Part shown: positions 1 to 13,300 of the stretch, piece after piece
Layout of the letters: each line of letters begins with the position of its first letter
Numbering within the stretch: the first letter of the stretch is position 1
Assembly: GCA_904063045.1 (NCBI GenBank)
Contig: CAJFCJ010000001.1
Location: 806,001-870,000, forward strand
Reading direction: 5' to 3'
Length of the DNA: 64,000 nucleotides
Source of the DNA: Dimorphilus gyrociliatus
Lineage: Eukaryota; Animalia; Annelida
Translations under genes and position numbers: made by a program
The notes under the pieces: model-generated
The model's input: only the letters and a program-made list of their open reading frames with translations
Told to the model about the DNA's origin: nothing
The model's database searches: none

Positions 1-3000
1 TAAATCCGAATACCGCATTTGGATCAATTCGTATTGGCTCCGGATCTTGTGAGACAAATCTCCTTTTAGCATCTAAATGCCTAATAAGTTTTTCAGATCG
101 TTTTTCGTCGACAGGGGGATGATGGTGGTGAACGTTTTCGGATGTTTTTTCTGCATTTTCAGCATTATTAATCTTATTATCATTTTCATCGCTTTTCAGA
201 GAGGCAGAGCTTGCTTTAGATGCGGAGCTATCAGTCCGAAGGATTTCTTCGCTAAAGAACTCTTTAGTGCCACTATCTTCAGACTGGCTTTCTGATCCTC
301 TTGAAGGACTATCTCTTTTATCATCATTGAGTAGGCGCCCCCTAAGCACAACATCTCTTTCAGTGGCTTTACTATATGCTTTTACTCCACTGGAAAGCTC
401 TAATTGAGTAATTTGCTTTTGTAAATTCTCTATTCTGGAGCTTTTCTTCACTGGCTTTTTAATGGGATAGTCTTCGCCAAAGCTCTTCATTTGAGATTTG
501 TAGCTGAATTTTTTTTCTAGCTCAGCAGCTTGAAGCTTAATTCTGTCAGATCCAGACGATGATTCACTTTGACTCCTAAGTAGTAATTTTGGACTTTGAT
601 CACTCTTTGTCCTATGTAAAAGCTCACGGTTTGACTTTTTATCATCCTTAATTGTCGCCTCTCGAAAGATATTTTTCGGTCTAGTATTGTCTAATAAAAC
701 CCTAACATTTTCGATGGTAATAGGCCGCCTTTGTGCTTCACGTTTTTGAGGCACGAACTCGGCTCTCTCAACTTTCTTGGATGGTATAAACTTAGTTGCT
801 TCGTTTTGCTTTATGAACCGTAGTTCTGTTATCTCGACAACCACAGGTTCAACTTTTTCAACAGGATTTTCAAATTCTTTCGCTTGTTTTTTGTCAAATT
901 CCATTAATTGTTTCTTACAACTATCGCTGCTTAAAAACTTTGGTTCTGTTGTGTGACGTCTTGGGGTTCTGCCCCTAGTTTTAGTAACCTTAGAGTCATC
1001 TATGAGAATCGTTCTCTCTGAGGATGTGCCTTCATCTACAAGAACTGCAACAAGGTCATTTCCATTGTTATTTCTATCTCCGTCTTCGTCTTTTATGTAG
1101 GATGGGGTCATTTTTTTCACGATTGGACTGAATAGGGGAATTTCTGCGGAATCTTCATCTTTTGATGTTATTTCTTGAATAGACAGGCTTTTTGGGAGAA
1201 TTTTTTCAGATTTTTTCATTATAGCTGAATAATCAACACTTCGAGATCTTGAATTTGCTTTCTTTATATCATTTTCTAGTTGATTCTTTATGGCTTTACT
1301 ATGCCAAGGAGATGGTTTCGATGAGTTTGGAATCTCAACAAACATACGTTTCCCTGGAGTTGAAGGTGTTCTTGCAGGAGTACCAGAATCAAGAGAACTA
1401 AGACTACTGAACTCCGAGAAATTAGCCAAATGACACTTTTTTCTATCAACTGAACTAATAGCAGATTCGTCACCTGAAGAAGGTAGAGGAGATGTTGTTG
1501 AGACCGTTTCTCGAGATCGTGATATATCAGAAGCATCATCCAATGTATTTTCAAACTCATCATTTGAGGAGATTGAATTTCTGATTGTTGTTTCATTTTC
1601 TGCCATATTATCGGATGTACTGTCCAAAGTAACGCCCTTAATTGTTATGGCACTGGAATGCATTTCTTCTGAGTCATTTAGGCTTCCACTGGTTGAGGAA
1701 ATCTTATCTTCAGAGTCCTCGCACGAATTTGATGATAGATTAGGCAATTTAGTGGACTGAGAATTAATTAATAGCTTAATCATATCTGCTTCACTTGTCT
1801 TGTCGGGTGGTGTTCTTGAATCAGTTGAGGAGGATTCTGATCCATTTTGATATGTACTATCTATCAACCTTTCTATTTTTCTTAATTTTTCTACTTCAGA
1901 TGTAGATACTGCATTTTTCTCAACTACTTTCAAGGTATCGTCTAAAGTATTATTTCCCTGATACTCTTCATCCGTATTTTCTTGAAGAAGCAATTCTCTA
2001 CTTTCCTTTATCTCTTTTTCCTCCTCAATTCTCATTTGTTCCTCTTCCTCCATTATTAACTGTTCGTCCTCTTTCAATTGCTCTAATTGTTCTCTTTCAA
2101 TTCTAAAAAGTTCTTCTTCTTTTTCTCTAATTGATCGTTCTTCTTCTTCTCTCGTCAATCTATCTGCTTCTTCTCTTTTCAACCGTTCTTCCGATTCTAT
2201 CCTTAACTGTTCTTCTTTCGCCCTTTTAAGTCTGTTTTCTTCTTCGTGTCTCAATCTTTCTTCTTCTTCCCTCCTCAATCTTTCTTCCTCCTCCATCCTC
2301 AATCTTTCTTCCTCCTCCTTCCTCAATCTTTCCTCCTCCTCCTTCCTCAGTCTTGCTTCTTCCTCCCTTCTTAGACGTTCCTCTTCCAATCTTTTTTGTC
2401 TCTCTCTTTCAATTTCTATAGAAAGCTTAGGTAAATTTAAACGACTTGCCAGAGAACCATGATCAATTTGAACAGGGACAGGAGCTGTATTAAAGAAAGC
2501 CATTCTGCTACTTTTAAATGTTGAGGAAACAAGAGATTCTCTTTTTATAGGAGTCGTGTCTGTCGTTTCGACATCTATTGAAATACATTTATTTATAATT
2601 TTTTCCAAATTATTGAAAAGCTTAGATAAGTATACAAACTTGGTGACGGAGTTCCGGAGGTTTTATCTTCATCTGAATCTGTTTCCACTTTTTCTGTTCC
2701 AGATGAATCTGACTCCGAAATAATTTCTTTGGCTTTTTTCTGAGTTTATTTTAAAATGCTCTTTAATTTTCATACATTCTATTTATTCTACAACTCACAT
2801 TCTTCCTTCTACATTTAATGTCAACTAAAAATTCAATATCTCCACTTCTCAATGGATCCACCGACAGTATTTGATCATCTTCAATGGAACTGTAAAATAA
2901 TGAAATAAATTAGAAATGATCCAAGTTTTACTAAATTAAAAAAATGAAATTTTCTTCATAATAAAGAAAATCGTAAGGTAACTGCAAAACTATAGCTAAA

Positions 3001-6000
3001 ATACACTATTAGATTTTTCACTCGCAGACAAAAACCTTAAAAATTTTTCAATATCAGAATCATATTCAATTACTCTGTAAAGAATTAATTTGATAGATGG
3101 ATAAAAGAAAATGAACAGATAAGAAAAAAAAGGTTTTTAATAAAAATTATTCACCCGTCATCATCGTCATCGTCATCTGATTCAAAATCTTCCAAGTCGA
3201 CATCGGCATCGGGAACAAGTGAGAGATTATGAGAAACCTGGTCCCATTCACTTTCTTCACATTCTGATTCCAAATCATATTCAACTCTTTCCGCAAGATC
3301 AGAATTTGAGCTCCTCTGAGGGGACTGAAACAATTATAATCAAAACAACAATCAAATCACGTAGGATAATTTTTTTCTTTATATAAATAAAAGGAAAAAA
3401 TTGTTTATATCCAATTAATTTTTACTTTAAAAAATATAAATAACTTTGGCAAACGAATAGTAATCTAAAGCGGAAAAAAATCGAATCAGAATAATTTTTG
3501 ATCGTTTCAATCAATAAATAGGAAGAAAAACTTGATCCAGGATGAATAGGATAAGAAGAATTACAAGGAGTTGTTGTATTGACTGAAAAAAGATTTCTAG
3601 TTCGATTTTATGTTTGAGTCCAAAATGTTTGCAACTTAAATTGTGTTTTTCTTGCCTAATAGGCAATAATCTTTTTTTTAAAATGTGATTCTATCAGTAT
3701 CATAATATTTGCCAGGACTACTATCGCTAGCCACATGTTTTTAATTATTTAGAATGTTGCTAAATCGAATACGTACTGCTATTTCCGACATTGAACGCTT
3801 TCGTTTAATCTCCCTCTCCAGATTCATGTGTTGGGGACAATAAAACCTCACTATTCAATTAAAATGTCATAAGATTACTAAACAACATAGCAAGAGATGA
3901 TGGTAATATGATTACATACACTTTTCATTGACTGTCTTGTAGTTGTATTGTCCTACCCGAAGACTAGAACCGCAATAGTAGCATTTGAAACACGATCGAT
4001 GAAAGTAAACATCTTCAGCTCTCATTTTTTCGACCAAGTAAACAGGTTCGTTGCAAAAGTAACAAATATCAGGTGAGGTAACAGATACTGTGAATTCGTT
4101 TTTACCCTATAATAAAAAATATTATTTCACAAATTGGTCGTTTTAGAATTCATCTTAAAGCTGTTTGATAGCGAGCGCCCTCTGTGTATTATATGACTAA
4201 TAAATCTTCATGAAAAAGCCACAGAGCGCTCAAAAGGCTTAATCTAGGATTGTTATTCTGACGTACCGAGCTAGTTATTTCATCAACGACGTCGACAGAA
4301 CCGTAACCCCACTGATGCATAAGATTAGTAGCCAATGCGCTAACTTTGTTTTGACCCCTAGTGCCCACAGGTGGCACTCCATCTCTCAATCGTTTTAAAT
4401 CTTCTGTTCGTTTCTTATCGATAGCAGGGCGCTTTTTATGAATGGGAGGTTCCTCTTCAGAGTCCGAATTATTAATCTAATTCAAATGTTAAGAATTAAT
4501 TAATTGAAATATATTAATTATCTGTCTCGTTTAGGTTAGTTATTGAGAAAAAAAAACAAAACGGTTAAATGGTCAGTAGCTAAACTTCGGACCATGCTTT
4601 AAATCAACTCTGACAATTCATTTGAAAACCTTTTGCATGCCTAATTCGCAAACTTAATATTCTTTATTTTTTTAATTTCGGTGTTCTTAATTTTTGCATA
4701 GGTCAATCCCACTTACGTAATATCCGCGATAACGTAAGGATGATGCCCACATTGTAAACGACAAACAACGTCGATTACGCTTTTTTTGGAACTATAAATA
4801 ATTGAATCGTTCAATTGAGAATTATATTTTTCGCAAGAGAATTCTTATAATTATGATGAAATAGTAATAGAATGAGATAGAAGAAAATGTACCTTTTTAA
4901 AGGACAACGGATGTTTCTTCTCACCATCAATGCTAGCTCTTCGTACTGTTCGTGGTAGATAAATATACATACTATTCTTAAATGAAGTTTAAACAAAACA
5001 ACAAACTTTTAGCTGGTTGAAGGCCCTGTTTCATTACAGCATCAAATATATCTAATAGATATTTTGGGAATTGACCATCCAAGGAGGGCATATAGCAATC
5101 ATCATATGGCCAGAGTACACCAAATTCCTTTTCAATAATTTTAGTTGATATTTCCCAGTTACGTTCTACACTCTCTCTTCCTAATTCTTCAAATTTACTG
5201 AAAAAAGGTATAAAATATAAAAAATACTTGTTTAACAAGTTATATTATATAACACTATAAGTTACAGATAGAGATTAGAATATAGTCTTTAATAAGTTTA
5301 TATAGACAATTAAATATTCTAAGGAGGGAATAATGCCCTACAACGAGCAATTAAATGGACAATACAAGCTATGTGTATTTTCAGTAGAAAAGAAATACCA
5401 ACATTAATTCCGGCTTATATTTATGAACAAAAGCGCTTAAAGCCAATCCGTCTTTCCAACTATTTAAAAGATCTTTAACCAAAATATCGCTTCTATAGCC
5501 ATTGACATTCCTTTGTAACCATATCAGCAAATATTTGTATTTCTGCTCCATTTCTGTAACAAAATAGTACAAATAAACGCTAATTAATAATATCCTGATA
5601 AAAAAATGTCTTAGTACACTTACCATATAATTTACTCTTTTCTTCAGCCATTTTGACGATTTGGTTGAGGTATTTTTTATCCGTACCATCGTAGTACTGC
5701 TGAATTTGATTTGGTTTGAAGAAATTTAAATCTAGATTTGGATATCTGAATAAAAAACAACATTTGTATAAGTTAAACAAAAAATGTATTTATTTAATCT
5801 TTAGCTATTGATTTGATAATTCTGCTGTTAAGGTTTGTAGATGATCACTAACCTTGTACTGGGATCTATTGAGTAATTGTTGTATGTTTTGAATAAATTT
5901 TCGGCAGTTGTTTGACTGAGTAACTGATAGACACTTTCCCTTTCGGCTATTACTTCTAAAGGTGTCATTTTCTGCGATGCCCAATTTTTAATCATCCAAG

Positions 6001-8041
6001 CGGTATCCATTGCACCTAAAAATCCTCTGGGGCACCCGCTTCCGGTTGGCCAGAAGGGTTCTAGTAAACTATCACCAACCAAACACATTAGTATTTTGTG
6101 ACCTTGTCTTTCGCGAACTTTACTGGCATGCACTGCTTGATACATGGAAGTAAAGTCAAAAATGGAAACATCAGCTCTTCCGTATCGGTTATGAGCAAAT
6201 TCTAATGGTTCGAGCTGACCTTCAGTTGAAACAGTCGCCGCTTCTCTAGCGTAATCAACTAGCGCTTCCTCGCATACATTTTCTTTATATAATAATTTAC
6301 CCGGATCGTCATAGTCATGAATTAAAACGCCTTTTGCTAGAAGACTGTGTTTTTTTGCAGTCATGACAAAATAATGAGTTTCATCCTTGTAGTAAACGAT
6401 ATTTTCCAAATCAATACCGCTTCTTGCATACAAATCACGAAAGAACTTTTGATTGAAGATGAAGGCAACACCACCAATTTCTGGCGCTTGAGCTTCACTA
6501 CTCGTATTCCTATTTATAAAATTGGCAGTTATTGCGACGGCCAGTTTACCTCGAAATTCCTTCTTCTCAAACCCCTTGACAGTATTACGACTTCCATCAG
6601 CTCCAACCAGAACATCAAAGTGCAATTTTGTGACGTGGTGATTTGAAGGAGTTACATCTGCACGCCATCCTTCTTTCGAATTGACAGGTTCCACAAGATC
6701 ATTGAAGGTGACGGACGGATGTATTTCGACACCGAAAATAAGTGCAACTTTTAGAAGTACGCATTGCAGTGTCCGAATACCTAATTTTCAATAAATGTAT
6801 GGTCGTTAATAATCAATTAGTGTCTAATTTTAGCAATTGTGTATTGAAAAATACTTACTGATGTGATCTATAGAACCTGCACAGAATTTGCCAAAAAATT
6901 TCTTGGCGCCCAGAGCTTTTAAATCGTTAATAACAAATGGCCATAGATGAAGAACGTTATTTCTTGAAAAACGATCCCTTTTTTCTAGTACAACAACTTT
7001 AGCTCCCAATAGTAAGGTTTCTATTGCAGTTCGTAATCCACAAGGTCCACCACCGACTATTAAAACCTAATAATTAAAAAGATATAAAAGATAAGATGTG
7101 ATAATACAAGATATAACACTCAAAACAATTTTTTAGCTAGTAGTAACAGTCTTGTTTATAACTAAATTTAAAAGTCTGGAAATAGGTCTTACGAGGAGAT
7201 CTATTTATAAATCTATGCATGTATAAATAATTAAAACGCACTATTCTACCTCGATGAATCATTTCAGTTTATAGAAAGAATGAGTGCAGTACCTATAATC
7301 TACAGTTATATACGGATAGTAAATGCGTGATTTATCTCAATGTTATGGAGGTCATAAAAGTGATATTTTTTTTATATGATCACGCCAAGAAAAAAGAAAC
7401 TAACTGTTGTGTTAGCAGCAGCTTGTCCTTTCTTATAGTCGGGATGAGAGGCTCTTTTATCCAATTTTGTCCATAGTGCCTTTGCTCTCCAAGATGTAAC
7501 TCTATTTCTTAGATTCTTATAAAACGCTATCCCACCTCCAGGTGTCAAATTCACCTCGTCACAAACTTGTTGAAATGTTTTAATAATTTGTTGGAAAGTA
7601 TTTGCTGCGCAGAATTGATCGAAGAGAACTTGAACATTAGAAGTCGGTTGAGCAGAGTTATATTGAAAAATTCGGGTTCCCACAGTATAGGGTATAAAGT
7701 TATGGCGAGCAGAGGTCATTTCCGGTTGTTTTTGGCTGTTTTAAAGAGAAAAAAGAATGGTTTTCAAAAATGACAATTCGAATTATTGTGATTGTTGTTT
7801 TTTAACATATATACAAACAACCCATAAACAGCAAAATAAATACAATGACTGAAAGTGACAAAGAGGAAATCTTTGTGCATATAGAGGTGCAATCATAATA
7901 AAAAAAGAAATAAATCAAAAGTAGTGTTCATCTCTCTCCCGAAACAATAGTTTATTTTTTTTTGGAAAAAATAAGACTTGATTATGCATACTCGTTCTCT
8001 TGCCATAGTTTCATTACTTCTGCAACTGTCATTTCTTCCAT
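1..8041 (-). CDS. MICAL: MICAL F-actin monooxygenase (FAD monooxygenase, CH, LIM, long C-terminal region); multi-exon, 3' end continues beyond base 1
   Basis: Monooxygenase exons ([17 protein letters not shown]; VLVGADG...[17 protein letters not shown]; [25 protein letters not shown]), CH exon ([19 protein letters not shown]), LIM exons ([31 protein letters not shown]...FYCPQH). First coding exon 7992-8050 (ATG 8041, [16 protein letters not shown]) splices in phase to the acceptor at 7736-7737. A stop-free exon runs from 2574 off the left edge, so it is absent from the ORF track. Confidence 0.95.
2247..2390 (-). repeat. ~6 copies of a 24-nt coding tandem repeat (EEEERLRK-type) inside the large MICAL exon
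   Basis: Repeating ctcaatctttcttcctcctc units; minus-strand translation [54 protein letters not shown]. Confidence 0.9.
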
Positions 8042-8581
8042 CGTGCTCGCTTAGTGAGAAAAATGACCGATGAATATTTTTATAATAACACGATTACAAA
8101 ATGCATTTGCTATATAAAGTAATTCATAATGTTTTTAAGCATGTCCAAATATGGGAAGCGTTTGCGTATTGATTCAATTTCATAACCACCAGCTGATAAA
8201 GCCAAATAATATAGAAACGGTAAACTAGTTGTGTTAAAACATTTTCACAACTAATAAATAATTTAATACATGTATTAAAAGCAAAAACTATTTCAGTTTT
8301 AAAGAGCGAAACTTTAGTGATTCATGATAACTATTGTGGTTAGTTTGACAATTGTTTATTATTTTACTATGTACTATCGATGTATTATCTATCGCCTGTA
8401 TTATTCATTTGAAAAAATCATAAAAAAAAACAAGTTTATAACTTTTTACCTTTAGTAGAAAGAGAACATATAATTAGTAAAATCCTTTCTAAAACTAGGT
8501 ATCATCGTAAGGATTATGATGTTCTTGAACAAACGTGTCAGTAGAATTTAATCGATGATCGAAAATCCTCTTCTAGATTGT

Positions 8582-8592
8582 CCGCCATTTTT
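8582..8592 (-). promoter_or_regulatory. YY1-type motif (AAAATGGCGG) in the putative MICAL 5'UTR exon, MICAL/TMEM35 divergent promoter region
   Basis: ccgccattttt on the plus strand. A minus-strand donor (GTAAAA) near 8449 and an acceptor near 8051 define a probable non-coding first exon. Confidence 0.45.
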
Positions 8593-9245
8593 GGCACTAC
8601 GACATCTGTCGTCTTCCAGGTGAAATTTACAAATAAGGAATAGTCAACTGATTATTCATAGGAAATAGACAGTAATTTTCTTAGAATAAATAGGGAATTT
8701 TATTAAAAATAATACATGAAAATTATATTTAAAAATAGAATTATTCAAAAGACTTTTAAATTTTTCGAAGTTTCGTTAGATTCAACCAGATGTCGTTGTG
8801 ATGGGAACCGGTAACGATATTTGTTTAGGGGTTCTACTAAATTTTACTTGACACACTATGTACCAAGAGAAAAAACTAAAGAATACAAAAAAAGTCAAAT
8901 TTCAAAACGCCAAACAAATATATCAGTAATTGAGGTATTTTTTGAAAGAATAGCGCATTACGTAACCTGACTTCTTTAACTCAAATAAAGACAGTATTGT
9001 TTCGTGTTAATTAGCTAATTAATCGATTCTTTACTATTTGTCATACTTTGAGTCTTGACAAGTTCGATTTGAATAATCTCATTACAGTATTATATCATTT
9101 TACTTTGTTCCATTCAAAAGTAATAAAAAAATTACCCTTCATACTTTATCCTAACCCTTACTACTGTAACCGGTGAAAAGTTTATGAACAAAACCCCGCA
9201 AAAACCGGTATTCATTTGTTCATAATTAATCTTTGATAAAAAGCA

Positions 9246-9783
9246 ATGGCAAACCTTGCACTAACTGTTCTTTCGATGACAATTGGATTTTTTTTCCTTA
9301 TTGTTGGTATAATCAAATTGAGTCCTATACTCAATGACGATATTTACAAGGACCAGGTAATTAATTACTAACAGTTTCATAGCCGACTTTCAACTGATTC
9401 TATTTAATCGTTTTTCTCAGAGAAAAGCTTTTATTAAATTTGTAAAAGTATTTCCTTTTTACCGCCAAACGGGATGGAAGCCGGATCCTCATGTCTATCG
9501 CCGTGTTATTGGAATCCTAGAAGTTATTTGCGGTCTCATTCTGGCTGTAATACCGGGAACTTTAAAACAAGTTGCAAACGCAATATTACTTATTATAATG
9601 ATTGGAGCTCTTTATACATCATGGGCACTGAAATTTTCATTAGACAAAATGACCCCGACGTTAATATTTGGTCTATTGCTACTCTGTAGACTTATTGTGT
9701 TTGCTCAAGTTCGCGCCAGAGAAAAGAGGCTACAAGTGGAAGCAGAGAAACAGAAAGAAGCATGGGAAAAGAAAACTGATTAA
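9246..9783 (+). CDS. TMEM35: TMEM35A/NACHO nicotinic acetylcholine receptor chaperone (2 exons, 157 aa)
   Basis: Exons 9246-9356 and 9421-9783 give MANLALTVLSMTIGFFFLIVGIIKLSP...IGILEVICGLILAVIPG...VANAILL...LIFGLLLLCRL, matching recalled TMEM35A motifs (GTIKLTP, IGALEVACG, FGILLTCRL). Confidence 0.92.
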
Positions 9784-10392
9784 TTAACAATCTCACCTAT
9801 TCATTCTCATATTTAGGATCATCATTCGAAAAAATGTAGATTATATTTTGTACTTAGACACTCGCAAAGTTATTTTTTAAGTTTAATTGAATTTGTTATG
9901 GTAGTCATTTAAAATGCCAGCGTGCTAATACAATGTGAAATATATAATTCTTCAAATATTTCGATAAATGTCGTGGTTCGGATAATAAAGAAGTGTGGTA
10001 CAGTGTAACCGCAAAACTTCAAGGCCTACTAGTATTTATAGGCTGACCGATGCTGACCTCTCACCAATCGCTAAATAATTGCAGCTGAACCGACGAAACC
10101 GGTCATTAAGTATGGAAACTTATCCGTTTCGAATACCTGCCCTTTAGCGATCGATTTTTCGAGAGGAACTGGGAACCATTCAAATACGAAGGGCCAATCA
10201 GCTTTCGTTACCTCTCATTGTATGTGAATTGTTGTAGGATAAGCTTCCACTCGTTAATCACTTCGTTTTTAGAGGAAAAACCGAACGATCGACGAATTTA
10301 ATTAATAAATTGAATTGGATTCGTTGTCTAACATTCTTACTGGTTTAGAAAAAATGCTTTATTTTAGATAGTGGATCTCCCATGAAAGCATA

Positions 10393-13300
10393 ATGAGAGG
10401 ATTGTTAATCGTCGTCTGTCTCTTCCAGCCTCTTCTCGCTTATGCACCTTTCTTTTGCAGAAACATGAGGCAAATGTATACTCAAAAAGGGTTTCCAATG
10501 CATCATATAGAAAATCGACCGAAAACACGTGAGTAATTGTTAAATATTTTTGTCAAAATTAAAGTAGTCATTAAATCCTTCGTTTACACGACTGTCAAAT
10601 TAAGTCTAATTACATCCGTTGACCTAGTTTTAAGTTTGATTGATTTATTATCTATATATAAAAGTCTATTCACCTCTTATCACTGACTGTTGACAAGCAT
10701 TCAACAGATTTGAACAGATTATCTGGTCAGATTGATAGCTTTATAGCGTTGTAGAAAAAAAATTCAACTTTACACTTTTTCCCATTCAATCTTTTAGAAG
10801 GAGCTAGGCACAAAAGCAACTTCAATCATTCCTTTATTTAACAAAAGCCCCGGTGCTTCACTTAGACATTCTTCAGATCGTTTATTGGTCTAGCATAGTT
10901 TAATTAGAAGCTTTTTTCTTTCCAAACAGTGTCGAATAGTATTTGCCGTTTGCGAGACACATGTTGCAGTAATGAAGTTGAGAAGAATCTACAAAAGTTG
11001 AGTGTAAATGATACGGGAAGGATGTTTAATAATTATATGTCTACATACAAGAACGAATTTGTCTCGAAGCATGCGCAGATTGACAGTAAGTATGAATCTT
11101 GAACACAATTAATCAAATCGCGGCATAAACACTGTATTCTACTGCTTTTTGTAAGATATATTGATTTATACTTTTTCGAGTTATTTAACCAAATTCATAC
11201 TATATTGCCCAACCAACTTTTTGCCATAAGCTATTAATGAATAAGTATGTAATTGCGAAGAAATCACGTGATATTTGATATCAGGTAGTGCTTGAATTTC
11301 TATACCCACAATAGAGTCATTTACGACACTGATTGCACGTCATTCATTTTCTTGTCACATAGAGAAAAAAATAAAAACTAGACTAAAGACGTTTTAAAAC
11401 TGTTGGTAATAAAATCTAGGCATGATTAATACCAGCTTCCTACCAAACTCAACGTTGCAGTGTTTATCCGCAAAGAAATCTTTTCGCCTGTCCGACTTTC
11501 TAGTGTACATTATTCGTCGTTTTTTTTAGGTTTGTTCAATAAACTACACAAGAATACGATGGATGTGACCCATAAGTATCTCGACATAGTTTATGGTCTC
11601 CTCTATGTAAAACATAAAGATATCTTTTTTGATTTTTTGTCGGATCTATTATACTATTATAAAAACGAAGGAAAAGAATCTTTAAAAGACAGAATTGAAA
11701 GATTCTTTGACACCCTTTACGTCGCTCTCTTCCATATAAAATTTAATGGTGGCACCTTTAAACCGAATGGTTTTCCCGAGAAGTTCAATAATTGCGTTAA
11801 AAGAACTAGAAAAACAATAAAACCTTTTAAGAAAGAGCAAGAAGAAGCTGTTATTAGATTGTTGGAAAAATTCATGTATCCTTCCAAAACTTTTGTTCAG
11901 GCCCTGAGAGTTGGCCGAGATTTTATTCTGGACGTAATAAAGGTAATTATATCTTACTAAATATAGAATTTTTCGGCATTGTTTGCTTAAACGCGTTAAA
12001 GAAAAATAAGTTCGATATGTCAACCTGTTTTATACTTATAGGTAACGATCTTAATGGCATATTTGTAAAACTTTTTTTCACTAAAAAACAAGTCAATCAG
12101 AGAGGGAAACATTGATTTATAGCCTTTAAGAGTACTGTATAGTCAATACTGTACGTATGCAGCTACATAGCATTTAGAGCTATATAATGGAAAAAAAAGC
12201 TCTAGGAGGAAAGAAATTAGTTTTTTAACCTCTTTAGTTAAAACTTGTTTATGTCCAACTGTTCTTATTAAACTTTTTTGTTCAATAATTGACTTTAATG
12301 ATTTATTGAATGTTGAACACCGAAAGAATTCTTTTTTTTTTGTAATTTATTATTAGTTTTGGTAAATATAGTAATCATTTCAATAGAAATCAGATAAATA
12401 ATGATTCATTGTAGGGATAATGTAAATATCTACAAATATTAAGTACTAATATAGTAAAAATGCCTATTGAACAGAACGCTAAATTGTACTTTAATAAATC
12501 ATTTTAATAAATAATGTCAGAACCCATTTTGTTGTTTATGACGATTTGCTCTTATCGTGTTGGTTAATTAGGAAAATGCGCGTCATTCCCTTTCACTATT
12601 GTCAGAAATATCTTGCGTATTTATCTATGGAATGCACGCGCTTATCTGATTACATATAGCATGTAGTGGACGTTTACAAAATAATTGCCCTCTCTTCGCT
12701 ATGAATTATTCATGTATTCTATATGTTTTACTTCTTCATAGGAACCATTTGGAAAAGACTGCAGCAATTCATTAACTCGACTAGAATACTGCAAATATTG
12801 TCGGGATGAATCGAATGCGAAACCCTGTTATACTTATTGTTCAGCTGTAATGAACGGATGTTTCACATTACATCATAAATTACAATTACATTGGAATGAA
12901 TACGCAAGTAAGCAGGCTTTTTCCTTCATAAAACGCGACCTTATATTTGTCTACAGCTAAGGTGCTTGATAAGTCATCCCCTTATCTCTCTTATACGCTG
13001 ACTTGATTGTATATGATTATCTTCCGGTGTATTTTATATAGGATAAATATATTATATATAGCACGCGCCAAAGCATTGGTAGAAATTTTATATATAAATA
13101 TACTGTACTATGAATTTATGGGGATTTTTCTTTTTTTCTTTCACTCTCTCTTTCGCTCTCTCTTTTTCTTTCCCCCTTATTCCTTCCTATACCTTATACA
13201 AAGTACTTTTTGTCTGCTTTGTTTACGTTGGCTAAAAGAGATGCGGCTAAAACGAACGTAAACGGCCGATCAACATTGGAAAATACCACGACATTTATCT

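Noticed and set aside
4170-4380. CTCF-like motifs (cacagagggcgc, ccacaggtggcac) inside MICAL
   Set aside because: Partial matches in or beside coding sequence; expected by chance.
4189-4800. Exact MICAL exon structure between the CH and LIM domains (several candidate micro-exons)
   Set aside because: Phases could not be reconciled uniquely by eye; no isoform claim is made without RNA data.
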